A DNA stretch of 64,000 nucleotides, taken from NCBI RefSeq assembly GCF_006345805.1, contig NC_043020.1, forward strand, positions 13,144,001 through 13,208,000. Direction: 5' to 3'. Made by a program: the position numbers and the translations under genes. Below are positions 46,637-59,122 of the stretch, piece by piece. This stretch comes from Octopus sinensis. Its lineage: Eukaryota. The first letter of the stretch is position 1; every line of letters starts with the position of its first letter. Below the pieces are notes generated by a model. That model saw nothing but the letters and a program-made list of their open reading frames with translations, ran no database searches and had not been told where the DNA came from.

Positions 46637-47498
46637 CCTTGGAAGGATGAAATGCAAAGTTGATCATGGTAGGATTTGAACTCAAGACGCAAAATGTTTG
46701 AGGAAATACTGGAAAACATTTTATGTTACTTCGGAGACTTTATCCATCCACCACACTAATATAACAGAACAATAAAAATAAAACGAGTTAGATTGGGATA
46801 AAAGAAAACCTGTTGAAAAGTACACAAGTGTGTGTGTGTGTGTGTGTATGCACATACACATCTGCATACATATTTGCAAGGTAACTTACTTCTGAGGTGA
46901 TTGTGAATAAATGGTTGATTATGAACTCTGAGACAATTCCCAGCACAAATATCACAAGATAATTATAGGAATTTAGCAAAATTGTGTTAAGCAAATTTCG
47001 AAATCTGTACAAATGTCTTAAATATCGACAATGCTCTACAATCGAGTTATACGGAACATCAGGTTTATTGAGGTAAAATAAATTGATTTGTATGGAGAAT
47101 CATGATTACTGAGGTGAAATAAAACCGGCACAGGATCTCAAATTAACTAAAAGCAGACTCAGATAGATTGCTGTTGTTTCTGAAAGTGAAAGTACATTAG
47201 TGACATGGTTGGTGTTTAATGCAGAGAAGAAGAATGGACTTAAGATTTAAGCTTACACAAGATTCTGGTGATTTCTGTTCTATAAATAGATCTAGGTTTA
47301 GAGTTTCTTAATTCTGTGAGTCATGTGTGTTGGTTAAAGTCTCTAATAATTTATGACAAGTGAATGTTAAGATTATTTACAAGTGAAGACTAAGTGATGG
47401 TTTTAAAGGCCGGGAGTGAGATAATTTGCTTTTGTGATGAAAGCCGATAAAAGTTCGAAGACATCGGAAACTGTTGTTTGTCTGGCATGGTTGTTTTC

Positions 47499-47742
47499 AC
47501 ACTTGCCCAAGTTGCCACGCAGTGACACTGAACCTGGAACCATGTGGTTGGTAAGCAAGCTACTTACCACACAGCCACTCCTGCACCTTGCCCAGTATGC
47601 TAATGATTTTGCTTGCTCATCGCCTTCTTAATAATGATAATAATAATAATCGGGTAAAAACCTCCTTCGGTCATGAATCACTATGGGATTGCACCTAAAA
47701 AGTTCCCCTCCATGGCACAAGTCCGGACAAGGTTGTTTATGG
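47499..47742 (-). repeat. Copy of composite segment 51307-51552 inserted between 22-bp direct repeats
   Basis: TGGCATGGTTGTTTTCACACTT at 47483-47504 and 47740-47761. Confidence 0.85.
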
Positions 47743-47825
47743 CATGGTTGTTTTCACACTTAAAGCAGCCATCAAATACACTGGAGTTTATTTGTGTAAT
47801 GCAAGGTTACGATGTTTGTAAAATA

Positions 47826-48485
47826 TATTTCTTTACTACCCACAAGGGGCTAAATATAGAGGGGACAAACAAGGACAGACAAAGGGATTAAGTCGACTAC
47901 ATCGACCCAGTGCATAACTGGTACTTAATTTATCGACCCTTAAAGGATGAAAGGCAAAGTCGACCTCGGCGCAATTTGAACTCAGAACGTAACGACAGAC
48001 GAAATACCGCTAAGCATTTCGCCCGGCGCGCTAACATTTCTGCCAGCTTGCCGCCCATGTTTGTAAAATATATTTCTTTACTACCCACAAGGGGCTAAAC
48101 ACAGAGAGGACAAACAAGGACAGACAGATGGATTAAGTCGATTGTATCGACCACAGTGCGTAACTGGTACTTATTTATCGACCCTTAAGGATGAAAGGCA
48201 AAGTCGACCTCAGTGGAATTTGAACTCAGAACGTAATGGCAGGCGAAATACTGATTCTTTACTACCCACAAGGGGCTAAACACAGAGAGGACAAACAAGG
48301 ACAGACAGATGGATTAAGTCGATTGTATCGACCACAGTGCGTAACTGGTACTTATTTAATCGACCCCAAAAGGATGAAAGGCAAAGTCGACCTCAGTGGA
48401 ATTTGAACTCAGAACGTAACGACAGACGAAATACCGCTAAGCATTTCGCCCGGCGTGCTAACATTTCTGCCAGCTTGCCGCCCAT
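47826..48485 (-). mobile_element. SINE-B array (monomer plus dimer), each bounded by ATGTTTGTAAAATAT
   Basis: The 15-bp flank occurs three times (about 47812, 48057, 48484). Confidence 0.85.
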
Positions 48486-48681
48486 GTTTGTAAAATATGT
48501 TTGTTTGTCATCAAGAGAGAGAGATGAGTTCTGCTGTTTCAGGTTGGCCCTTGTCTTTGAAGAAACAGTTCCTCACCGGTGGGACTTGAGCCAAATATGA
48601 GGATGTGCTGAAAAGTTCCTGGTTTTGGGTAAAAGAAAATACTGGAGGATCGGTTAATTATTGTTTTGCAATGTTATTACT

Positions 48682-48915
48682 TATTTCTTTACTGCCCACA
48701 AGGGGCAAAACATAGAGGGGACAAACAAGGACAGACAAAAGGATTAAGTTGATTATATCGACCACAGTGCGTAACTGGTACTTATTTAATCGACCCCAAA
48801 AGGATGAAAGGCAAAGTCGACCTCGGCGGAATTTGAACTCAGAACGTAACGGCAGATGAAATACCGCTAAGCATTTCGCCCGGCGTGCTAACGTTTCTGC
48901 CAGCTCGCTGCCTTA
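48682..48915 (-). mobile_element. SINE-B monomer
   Basis: 12-bp TSD AATGTTATTACT at 48670-48681 and 48916-48927. Confidence 0.9.
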
Positions 48916-49273
48916 AATGTTATTACTAATTCAAATATACCAGTGGCACGTTCAAACTTCATTAACGAGCCATTCACTGTGTTTTGTCATGAAGTAAATT
49001 TCTCACTGTAAATACACCGAAATCGGCTCACAGCACCACCTATCCAGATTATGAAATGCAGGTATTTCAGTATGATTATCTACTCTTCAGTCACAGAAAC
49101 CGGATGGTGGCTCTGCTAGCTGATAAGAGAGATAGTCTCTCTTATGCTATTCAAGTCTTCAATTTTATTCAACATGTTCCCCTCTCAGATCAACATACTA
49201 ATTGCAGTGGTCCTTCAATTCTTGTAAGTCCTGTAAAAGAACTTGGAAGGTTGGGCCTCCAACCAGGCCTTAA

Positions 49274-49785
49274 CCCTTTCGTTACTTTTCAGAGCGTCGG
49301 CTGCAGGGTCATTCCGAAAAGCTCTACCTGCGACGATTTCATCTCAATCGAAGGAGAGGAGCTTTCTCCGTCCGGGTTGCGGATCCGTGGAACAAGCTGC
49401 CAGACGAGATGGTGAAGATGCCAACGACCACTTTGTTCAAAGCCTCCCTGGACCTCAAGTGGCCTGAACTCTTTACATGAACACCACCCTGTACTTAACT
49501 CCATGTCCCCCTACATGGCCTTGCTATTTGCTTTTGAGCCAAATTAACTAACTAACTAACTAACTAACTAACTACTGTATTTATTTTGAGATGCTCTGTG
49601 TTTCATTCAATTAATTTTAGATATAACAAAGAATTTAATAAAAGAACTTAGTTATCATTAAGCTAGTGTTGGGAACATAAATTGTGACTAAGGTTTGGTA
49701 GAAGATTTTAATTCAATACTTATGAAAACAAGACATTTGTGCTACAGAGCCAGAGGTGGTTTTGGCCAGGTTGGTATCAAAAGGG
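49274..49785. mobile_element. MITE-G interrupted by a CR1 3' end
   Basis: TTAA|CCCTTTCGTTAC ... GTATCAAAAGGG|TTAA. Confidence 0.8.
49287..49572 (+). mobile_element. CR1 LINE 3' end
   Basis: GHSEKLYLRRFHLNRRRGAFSVRVADPWNKLPDEMVK; (TAAC)n tail. Confidence 0.9.
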
Positions 49786-50317
49786 TTAAAGCCAAGAACT
49801 TTTCAGCGCCCCCTTGTATCTGTTGTCTATGAAGCAGTTGTGTCCCTGAGGATTCAAATTTTAATGGTTCACCAGCTTTGGACAAAAAGAATCAATTGTA
49901 TGGCATTAAACTTTATATTTCCAAATTTATTTTAAATGTTTAAGCACTTGCCCTTGTCTTAATACTAATGACTCGTCAAGTACTGCCTCATTAAGCAATG
50001 CCCAGAACCTCATTTGAAATAGTCTTTTGTTGGCTTCAGGATTCTTCATTTAAAAAATATTTTGACAAGAAAATTAATTCTGGAAAACTCGTTATTTTAA
50101 CGCTTAATAAACCAGTAAAAAAAAAAAAAATCCTTTGTAATTTTGACACAGGGCCTGAAATTTTGGAGGGAGGAAAAACTGGTCCCTATTTTATTGCCGT
50201 CAAAAAGATGAAAGACAAAGATGACCTTGGCAACATCTGAACTCTGAAAACAAAAAGATGAACATAGTGTCACTAAGCATTTTGCCTGGCGTGCTAATAA
50301 CCCTGTCAGCTTGCGAC

Positions 50318-50835
50318 ATTCGCCTGGCCCCCGTGCCGGTGACACGTAAAAGCACCATCTGTTCATGGCTGTTTGCCAGCTCTGTCTGGCCCCTGTGTCG
50401 TTGGCACGTAAAAGCACCATCCGTTCGTGTCCGTTGCCAGCCTCGCCTGGCCCCCGTGCCAGTGACACGTAAAAGCACCATCTGTTCATGGCTGTTTGCC
50501 AGCTCTGTCTGGCCCCTGTGTCGTTGGCACGTAAAAGCACCATCCGTTCGTGTCCGTTGCCAGCCTCGCCTGGCCCCCGTGCCAGTGACACGTAAAAGCA
50601 CCATCCATTCATGGCCGTTTGCCAGCTCTGTCAGGCACCTGTGCGGGTGGCACATAAAAAGCACCCACTTCACTCACGGAGTGGTTGGCGTTAGGAAGGG
50701 CATCCAGCCGTAGAAACACTGCCAGATCTGACTGGGCCTGATGAAGCCTTCCAGCTTCACAGACCCCAGTTGAACCGTCCAACCCATGCTAGCATGGAAA
50801 ACGGACGCTAAATGATGATGATGATGATGATGATG
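50318..50835 (+). mobile_element. RTE 3'-UTR with about 6 x 60-bp internal repeats
   Basis: GCACGTAAAAGCACC units followed by the GGAGTGGTTGGCGTTAGG block and (ATG)n. Confidence 0.8.
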
Positions 50836-51011
50836 AATAGTATTATAATGATGGTTTCAAATTTTGGTACAAGGCCAGTAATTTCAAGGAGAGATAAGTC
50901 AATTACACTGACCCCAATACTCAACAGGTACTTATTTTACCAACCCTGGAAAGATGAAAAGTAAAGTCAACCTTGGCAGAATTTAACTCTGAGCATAAAG
51001 ACTGATGGAAT

Positions 51012-51395
51012 GCTCTTTTACTTGTTTCAATCATTTGACTGCGGCCATGCTGGAGCACCAACTTTAGTCTAGCAAATCGACTCCAGGAGTCATTCTTTGT
51101 AAACCTAATACTTATTCTATCAGTCTCTTTACTTGAACCGCTAAGTTACGGGGACGTAAACACACTAGCATTGGTTGTCAAGCGATGCTGGGTGGGGGGA
51201 CACACACAAACACACACACATATACATATATACGGCGGGCTTCTTTCAGTTTCCGTCTACCAGATCCACTCACAAGGCTTTGGTCGGCCCGAGGCTATAG
51301 TAGAAGACACTTGCCCAAGGTGCCACGCAGTGGGACTGAACCTGGAACCATGTGGTTGGTAAGTAAACTACTTACCACACAGCCACTCCTGCACC
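51012..51395 (-). mobile_element. SINE-A, full length
   Basis: Consensus match. Confidence 0.9.
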
Positions 51396-51464
51396 TTGCC
51401 CAGTATGCTAATGATTTTGCTTGCTCATCGCCTTCTTAATAATGATAATAATAATAATCAGGTA

Positions 51465-51805
51465 AAAACCTCCTTCGGTCACGACACAGACCATGGGATT
51501 GCACCTAAAAAGTTCCCCTCCATGGCACAAGTTCAGGCAGATTTGTTTATGGAAGACCAGCAGTCGATCATGCATACCAGCCTCCCCACTCCACGCCACC
51601 AATGTTATCCAAGGGAGAGGCAAAGGCCAATTCAGCTCAGCACCAGTGACATCACAACTCAATTCTACAGCTGAGCAAACAAGAACAACATGAAATGAAG
51701 TGTCTTGCTCAAGAACACAACATGCAACCCAGTCCAGGAATTAAACTCACTACCTCATGATTGTGAACCCGACTCTCTAACTACTCAGCTATGTGCTTTC
51801 ACAAT
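51465..51805 (-). mobile_element. SINE-E
   Basis: Aligns to 29406-29746. Confidence 0.8.
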
Positions 51806-51829
51806 TATAATAACAATAATAATAATCAT

Positions 51830-52175
51830 CATCATCATTTAACGTCCGTTTTCCATGCCAGCATGGGCTGGACGGTTCGACCGGGGTCTGGTAAGCCATG
51901 GAGGCTGCACCAGGCTCCAGTCTGATTTGGCAGTGTTTCTACAGCTGGATGCCCTTCCTAACACCAACCACTCCATGAGTGTAGTGGGTGTTTTTTATGT
52001 GCCACCGGCACAGGAGCCAGCGCAGGCTGGTCAAACAGCCACGATCGGTTGGTGCTTTTACGTGTCACCGACATGGACACCAGTCAGGTGACGCTAGTAA
52101 CTGCTACGCTCAAACGGTGCTTTTACATGTCACCAGCACAGTAACTACAATTACCATTCGAATTTTTGATGTTGA
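51830..52175 (-). mobile_element. RTE 3'-UTR with about 3 internal repeats
   Basis: Aligns to 53083-53600. Confidence 0.8.
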
Positions 52176-53082
52176 CGAATAATAATTATATAAATCCATC
52201 CAACCCATGCCAGCATGGAAAGCAGACATTAAACGATGAGGATGAAATAATTTTTTATTATTATTATTATTATGAAAGAAAAAAAATCCTAGTATAATTT
52301 ATTAAAAAAAATATTTTCACTCCCCTTCTGTTTCTCCTGACCCCACCATTCCAATTCTCTACCATCCTCTCAGACTGGACCGGATACTTCACTCCTCCTT
52401 CCCCTTCCTTGGTTTCATATCAATAGATTGTTTACAGTGAAAGCTAGTTATTTACATTGCTATTGCTTCTATCTTTGCCCTCGACCTGCCACTTGTTTCT
52501 AATTTATTATGGTCTTATTTTCAGAGAACCATTCCACTAATTGCTCTTCAGTCATTATTAGAGATCTCCACTTCCATTCTTTCTCTAAAGGAATCTTGTT
52601 GTTAATGAAGAAACATATTTTATAGATTTTTGGATGATATTACATTATAGTTTGACTGGATATAGCAAAATTCAAATATTCTGCTACTTTGTTCTGGAAT
52701 CAATACATCTTGGTAGTTAGCCAAATCTTGGCTGGAATTGGTTTATTCAGATTGGGCTAATCATAGCAGTTCAACAAAGAAGACCCAACAAATAAGCAAA
52801 TAAATAAAAGTCCTCTATCTTTTCAAGAATGATTAAAAATTCATTAAAAAATAAGAAACTAATATTTCTAAATTCGTTAATATTGGCACCAAAATATGGA
52901 GCAAAGCATTTGTGAAGAATTGTACAAGAGCTGATGGCTCTTGAAGATGAAGACTGGCTGTTTGTGTTGATTTAACCTATTTCTATTTGATGAATCATTT
53001 ATTAGGGTTTGATGGTTTTGCAAATTTATACATTTGAAAATGTTTGATGTGAAGACCATCATCTGGCTGCAAAGTTATGACC

Positions 53083-53790
53083 CATCATCATCATTTAGCG
53101 TCCGCTTTCCATGCTAGCATGGGTTGGACGGTTCAACTGGGGTCTGGGAAGCCAGAAGGCTGCACCAGGCCCAGTCTGATCTGGCAATGTTTCTACGGCT
53201 GGATGCCCTTCCTAACGCCAACCACTCCATGAGTGTAGTGGGTGCTTTTTACGTGCCACCGGCACAACTGCCAGATGGGGCTGGCAAACGGCCACGGTCG
53301 GATGGTGCTTTTTACATGCCACCGGCACAGGTGCCAGACAAGGCTGGCAAACGGCCACGGTCAGATGGTGCTTTTTACGTGCCACCGGCACGGAGGCCAA
53401 GTGAGGCTGGCAATGGCTACGATCAGATGGTGCTTTTTATGTGCCACCGGCACGGGGGCCAGGCGAGGCTGGCAACGGCCACGATCGGATGGTGCCTTTT
53501 ACGTGCCACCGGCACGGAAGCCAGTCGAGGCGGCGCTGGCAACAGCCACGTTCAGATGATACTCTTATGTGCCACCGCACTGGTATCACAGCTACAATTT
53601 CTATTGATGTTGATCGATTTTGATTTTGATTTTCAGTTGCCTCAACAGGTCTTCACAAGTAGAGTTTTGTGTCCCAAGAAGGAAAGGTATGCATAAGTGG
53701 ACTGAGGCCATGGGTTATGGTCTCACTTGTCCTGCCGGGTCTTCTCACGCACAGCATACTTCCAAAGGTCTCGGTCTCTAGTTATTTCCT
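53083..53790 (-). mobile_element. RTE LINE 3' end: ORF terminus, 3'-UTR repeat array, (ATG)n tail
   Basis: Minus strand T-R-D-R-D-L-W-K(Y-A-V-R-E-K-T-R) resembles the RTE C-terminal DRxxWR motif, followed by about 6 x 59-bp units. Confidence 0.75.
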
Positions 53791-54059
53791 TGTTTATTTA
53801 TTTTTTTTTTGTCTTTGCTTCTGTGTCTTCCAGGACCATTGTGTATAGCTTCGGAATATGAAAGCTGTCCAACTCATGTTCGACTTGGAAACTAGTGTGT
53901 ATGGTGGGGGTGGATTGAATATGATATTAGAATAGTTGGAATAGTATTTTGTTTCCAGTTAGTTTGTCCGTTCCATCATTAATCAATAAATGAGATTAAA
54001 GAATGGACCTTGTCTTCCATTGGCTTCATTGCATCAAATAACGTAGGAGTGCTACACAG

Positions 54060-54471
54060 GTGCAGGAGTGGCTGTGTGGTAAGTAGCTTGCTTACCAACC
54101 ACATGGTTCTGGGTTCAGTCCCACTGCATGACACCTTGGGCAAGTGTCTTCTACTATAGCCTTGGGCCGACCAAAGCCTTGTGAGTGGATTTGGTAGGCG
54201 GAAAATGAGAGAGGCCCGTCGTATATATATGTATATATATATATGTATGTGTGTGTATATGTTTGTTTGTCTGTGTTTGTCCCTCCTAGCATTGCTTGAC
54301 AACTGATGCCGGTGTGTTTATGTCCCCCGTCACTTAGTGGTTCGGCAAAAAGAGACCGATAGAATAAGTACTGGGCTTACCAAAGGATAAGTCCCGGGGT
54401 CGAGTTGCTCGATTAAAGGCGGTGCTCCAGCATGGCCGCAGTCAAATGACTGAAACGAGTAAAAGAGAGAG
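54060..54471 (+). mobile_element. SINE-A, full length, flanked by 96-bp direct repeats
   Basis: 53964-54059 vs 54473-54568, 7 mismatches by eye. Confidence 0.9.
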
Positions 54472-54928
54472 CTTGTCCGTTCCATCATTAATCAGTAAAT
54501 GAGATTAAAGAATGGACCTTGTCTTTCGGTGGCTTCATTGCATCAAGTAACATAGGAGTGCTTCACAGACAGTAAATGGAGTGGAATATGGACAGTTGTG
54601 GTAGCACAAGAGGGAGAAACGGGCAGATGGACAGACAGATTCTAATTGGAGTGCAGCATTAGTTTTAATACAGTTTCACTACATGAATCCTGTATGTATA
54701 TTTTATTTCTCTGTGAAATGATTTTATGCTAATCTTGTTGGTTTCGGTCTGATAATAACTAATATCATTCTTGGCTGGGAATGGTTCATTTAACAAGCAT
54801 CTCTTTTTAGCTTAGTTTCTATCCTGGATCACTTAACTTCTCTTCTCCTTCATAATTAAATTGCTGTCTTCAGTTTAATTATAACTGTTAACAGAGACAG
54901 AATGGTAAGCTCTTTGTAGCAGAATTGT

Positions 54929-55312
54929 GGAGGCGCAATGGCCCAGTGGTTAGGGCAGCGGACTCGCGGTCATAGGATCGCGGTTTCGATTCCCAGACCA
55001 GGCGTTGTGAGTATTTATTGAGCGAAAACACCTAAAGCTCCACGAGGCTCCGGCAGGGGATGGTGGTGATCCCTGCTGTACTCTTTCACCACAACTTTCT
55101 CTCACTCTTACTTCCCGTTTCTGTTGTACCTGTATTTCAAAGGGCCGACCTTGTCACTCTCTGTGTCACGCTGAATATCCCCGAGAACTACTTTAAGGGT
55201 ACATGTGCCTGTGGAGTGCTCAACTACTTACACGTTAATTTCACGAGCAGGCTGTTCCGTTGATTCGGATCAACCGGAACCCTCGTCGTCGTAACCGACG
55301 GAGTGCTTCCAT
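54929..55312 (+). mobile_element. SINE-C, full length
   Basis: 15-bp TSD TGTAGCAGAATTGTG on both sides. Confidence 0.9.
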
Positions 55313-55609
55313 CTGTAGCAGAATTGTGTTTTAGTTAAAAGCATTTTGGTGCAATTTAGAATACAACTCTAAGAACTTTTGACATATTGTTCCAGTATTC
55401 AGACTTGATGTTGTGGTTTTCTTGTCATAAAATTGGCAGATTTTGCAGAATCCTTAGACTTTTATGGTATTTGTTCTGGCTCTTCATATTCTGAGTTCGA
55501 TTCCTACTAAGGTCAACTTTGCTTTTCATCCTTTTGGGGGTCAATAGCATAAAGTACCAGTCATGTGTTACCTCTTCTTGTGACTAGAGTAGAAACCGTT
55601 ACTATTATT

Positions 55610-56026
55610 AAGCCGGCGAGCTGGCAGAAACGTTAGCACACCGGGCGAAATACTTAGCGGTATTTCGTCTGCTGTTATGTTCTGAGTTCAAATTCCGCCA
55701 AGGCCGACTTTGCCTTTCATCCTTTCGGGGTCAATAAATTAAGTACCAGTTACGCACTGGGGTCGATGTAATCGACATAATACCTATGTCTGTCCTTGTT
55801 TGTCCCCTCTATGTTTAGCCCCTTGTGGGTAATAAAGAAATAGGTATTTCATCTGCTGTTATGTTCTAAGTTCAAATTCCGCCAAGGTCGACTTTGCCTT
55901 TCATCCTTTCGGGGTCAATAAATTAAGTACCAGTTACGCACTGGGGTCAATGTAATCGACTTAATCCTTTTGTCTGCCCTTGTTTGTTCTCTCTGTGTTT
56001 AGCCCCTTGTGGGCAATAAAGAAATA
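55610..56026 (+). mobile_element. SINE-B dimer with two different tail types
   Basis: 19-bp TSD AGAAACCGYTACTATTATT at 55591-55609 and 56027-56045. Confidence 0.9.
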
Positions 56027-57787
56027 AGAAACCGCTACTATTATTGCTTTATAAATTCTTAATGGATAAAATATAACGACTTTTTCAGAAATGCCTTTTC
56101 TGTTTTTATTGTTTTTAAAAGTATTTAACGAAGTCAATATTTCAAACCTAGTTCTGAGCAGAGTTTAACGAGATACATAATGAATTAGCAGGATATTTAA
56201 CAAAATATTGTTATGAATTTGCTGCACCTCGAGCAGTGAAGATGTTTTGAATATTTGAAGGAAAGTAAGGTTGTAATGATTAGCAACACAATTGCTTGGC
56301 AAATAATATATACAGGGTTCAGTTCCTGCCAGTAGGGGGGTCTGTGTGTGTACTGTAACACAGCTGCCTGGCAAGGAATGCATAGAGGGTTCAATTCCTA
56401 CCAGCAGGTAGTCGTGGTTGTCTACATCTGTTTTCTCTCTCAAATTGGGATTTTCTACTATCTGATGTCACCAACTTGTCAACGCTTTAATAATTAATCA
56501 CCAAGTTAAGTAAGGAGTCAGATTAACCATTTCACGTCTCTTCCAGTGACTCTCTAGAATGGTGGGTTTCAAACATTTATGACTCCCCCCCCCCATCAGT
56601 ATGGTGGATCTATCTAAAATTAACAGCATCACCAAAAGCAGTTCTTCATTCACAGTTAGCAAGAATCAGAATTCAGTGTCTTTGTTGCTGGGTTTTTATT
56701 ATTATTATTATTATTATTTCAATTTAGATGTGATTTATTTATTCGTTTTTTGTTGTTATTGCTGTAGTTTTTTTTTCTTCTTTTATTTTTTCATCGTTGT
56801 CATATATATTGGACTTGAAACATTTCGTCTCATCAGAGCAACGAGACGAATGTTATACAACTTATTAAACGAACATCTTTTCTCATAGAACGATCATAAG
56901 AACAAGAAAGATTGCTGATGGCATTTGCTGATGGCGCTAACAGACAGACAAAAACGCTATCCTCATCGCATGAACTCAACTTCTTCACTTCACCCCAATC
57001 TCGGGGTCCCGCCATCACTACTGGACCCTAACACATAACATGCCTCATTATGTATTGTGTTACTATCTCTGCTCCCCACCGTACCCCCCCCCCAATCCCA
57101 TAACCATTCATCATCATTATCATCGTCGTTTTTTTTTTTTTTTTTTTTTTTAGTGGTAGTCATGGTGGTAGGGCTTTGCAACATGTTGATCAAATCAGTT
57201 GAAGATAAATGGCAAACACTTAACAGATTGTTGCGGGCCGGGCAGAATTCTTCTGTATTGTTACAAATGCTTCGATGGCAATCATGTAAAGAATAATCGC
57301 ATCTGAGAACCCAGAATGAGGAATATAAGATTCCCCCCTACTGCCCCCACCCCACAACATATGATAAAGCCATATTTTACAGCTAATCTCATGATATTTC
57401 CATTAAGATAGATTCCATTAAGAAGATTCATTTAAACATAGAAGAAACCGCAAAAAGGAAAAAAGTGTATAAAGTGGTTTTCTTAATAGTTCAACTGAAA
57501 TGAGGGAAGTTTTTAAGAAAGGCCAAAGCAGAATTTTTATCAGGCAATGCTGCTATCAAAGGAATTCTATCTTGTTTCAGTAATTAGATTGCAGCCATCT
57601 GGGGCCACTGCCTTGGAGGGTTTTAGTCAACACCAGTACTTTTTTTTTTTTTATTTCTTTTGGTGCTATCAGTCTCTTTTGCTAAACTGGTAATTTACAG
57701 AAATGTAAATAAACTAACACTGGTTGACAAGCTATGGTGCATGTCAAACATAAAAATACACATAGACTCTATGCTTATATATATATT

Positions 57788-58315
57788 TATTTCTTTACTA
57801 CCCACAAGGGGCTAAACAACAGAGGGGGAAAAACAAGGACAGACAAACGAATTAAGTCGATTTCATCGACCCCAGTGCGTAATTGGTACTTAATTTATCG
57901 ACCCCGAAAGGATGAAAGGCAAAGTCGACCTCGGCGGAATTTGAACTCAGAACATAGCGGCAGACGAAATACCACTAAGCATTTCGCCCAGCATGCTAAC
58001 GTTTGTGCCAGCTCACCGCCTTTAGTGCTTATATATATATTGTTTAGCGTCCGCTTTCCATGCTGGCATGGGTTGAACATATATATATATATATATATAT
58101 AAGTTCTTTTCCACTCTAGGCACAAGGCACGAAATTTGGGGGGAGGGGGGTCAGTTTATTAAATTGACCCCAGTATGCAACTGGTACTTAATTTATCGAC
58201 TCCAAAAGGATGAAAGGTAAAGTCGACCTCAGCAGAATTTGAACTCAGAAAGCAAAGACAAATGAAATAATGCTAAGCATTTCGCCCGGTGTGCTAACAT
58301 TTTTGCCAGCTTGCC
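57788..58315 (-). mobile_element. SINE-B monomer (57788-58022) and old variant (58100-58315)
   Basis: Consensus matches; TGCTTATATATATATT flanks the first copy. Confidence 0.85.
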
Positions 58316-58349
58316 TTATATATATATATATATAATATATATATATATA

Positions 58350-58524
58350 TGCGCAGGAGTGGCTGTGTGGTAAGTAGCTTGCTAACCAACCACATGGTTC
58401 CGGGTTCAGTCCCACTGCGTGGGATCTTGGGCAAGTGTCTTCTGCTATAGCCCAGGGCCGACCAATGCCTTGTGAGTGGATTTGGTAGACGGAAACTGAA
58501 AGAAGCCTGTCGTATATATGTATG

Positions 58525-58561
<37 letters not shown>

Positions 58562-58861
58562 TTCTATGTCTGTGTTTGTCCCCCTAGCATTGCTTGACAA
58601 CTGATGCTGGTGAGTTTACGTCCCCGTCACTTAGCGGTTCGGCAAAAGAGTCCGATAGAATAGTTACTGGGTTTACAAAGAATAAGTCCCGGGGTCGATT
58701 TGCTCGACTAAAGGTGGTGCTCCAGCATGGCCGCAGTCAAATGTCTGAAACAAGTAAAAGAAAGAAAGAAAGAATATATATATAGGGAGAGTGTGCATAT
58801 GTATGTATGTGTGTTTGCATGTATGTATGTATATATTTATCTTTGTGTGTGCATATATGTG

Positions 58862-58914
<53 letters not shown>

Positions 58915-59087
58915 GCGCAGGAGTGGCTGTGTGGTAAGTAGCTTGCTAACAACCACATGGTTCCGGGTTCAGTCCCACTGCGTGGGATCTTGGGCAAGTG
59001 TCTTCTGCTATAGCCCCGGGCCGACCAATGCCTTGTGAGTGGATTTGGTAGACGGAAACTGAAAGAAGCCTGTCGTATATATGTATG

Positions 59088-59122
<35 letters not shown>

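Noticed and set aside
52500-52780. Protein-like minus-strand stretch (..NNKIPLEKEWKWRSLIMTEEQLVEWFSENK..)
   Set aside because: Short, frameshifted, with no splice signals or family motif; an ancient TE relic cannot be excluded without tBLASTn.
53400-53520. HDV-like ribozyme in the RTE 59-bp unit (GGCACG..GCCAG-CCTCGC-CTGGC..CGTGCC-GG)
   Set aside because: P1, P3 and P1.1-like pairings can be drawn, but no P2 partner or C-G-A-A J4/2 strand is present, and such ribozymes are expected at 5' ends.
54929-55000. tRNA genes at SINE heads
   Set aside because: A/B boxes are present but the acceptor stem and cloverleaf are incomplete, and each runs into a SINE body with a TSD.
56818-56856. Hammerhead on the minus strand (CTGATGA-GAC-GAAA)
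   Set aside because: Only 3 nt lie between the core boxes (no stem II) and there is no stem I partner; it is just an 11-bp hairpin ACATTCGTCTC/GAGACGAAATGT.
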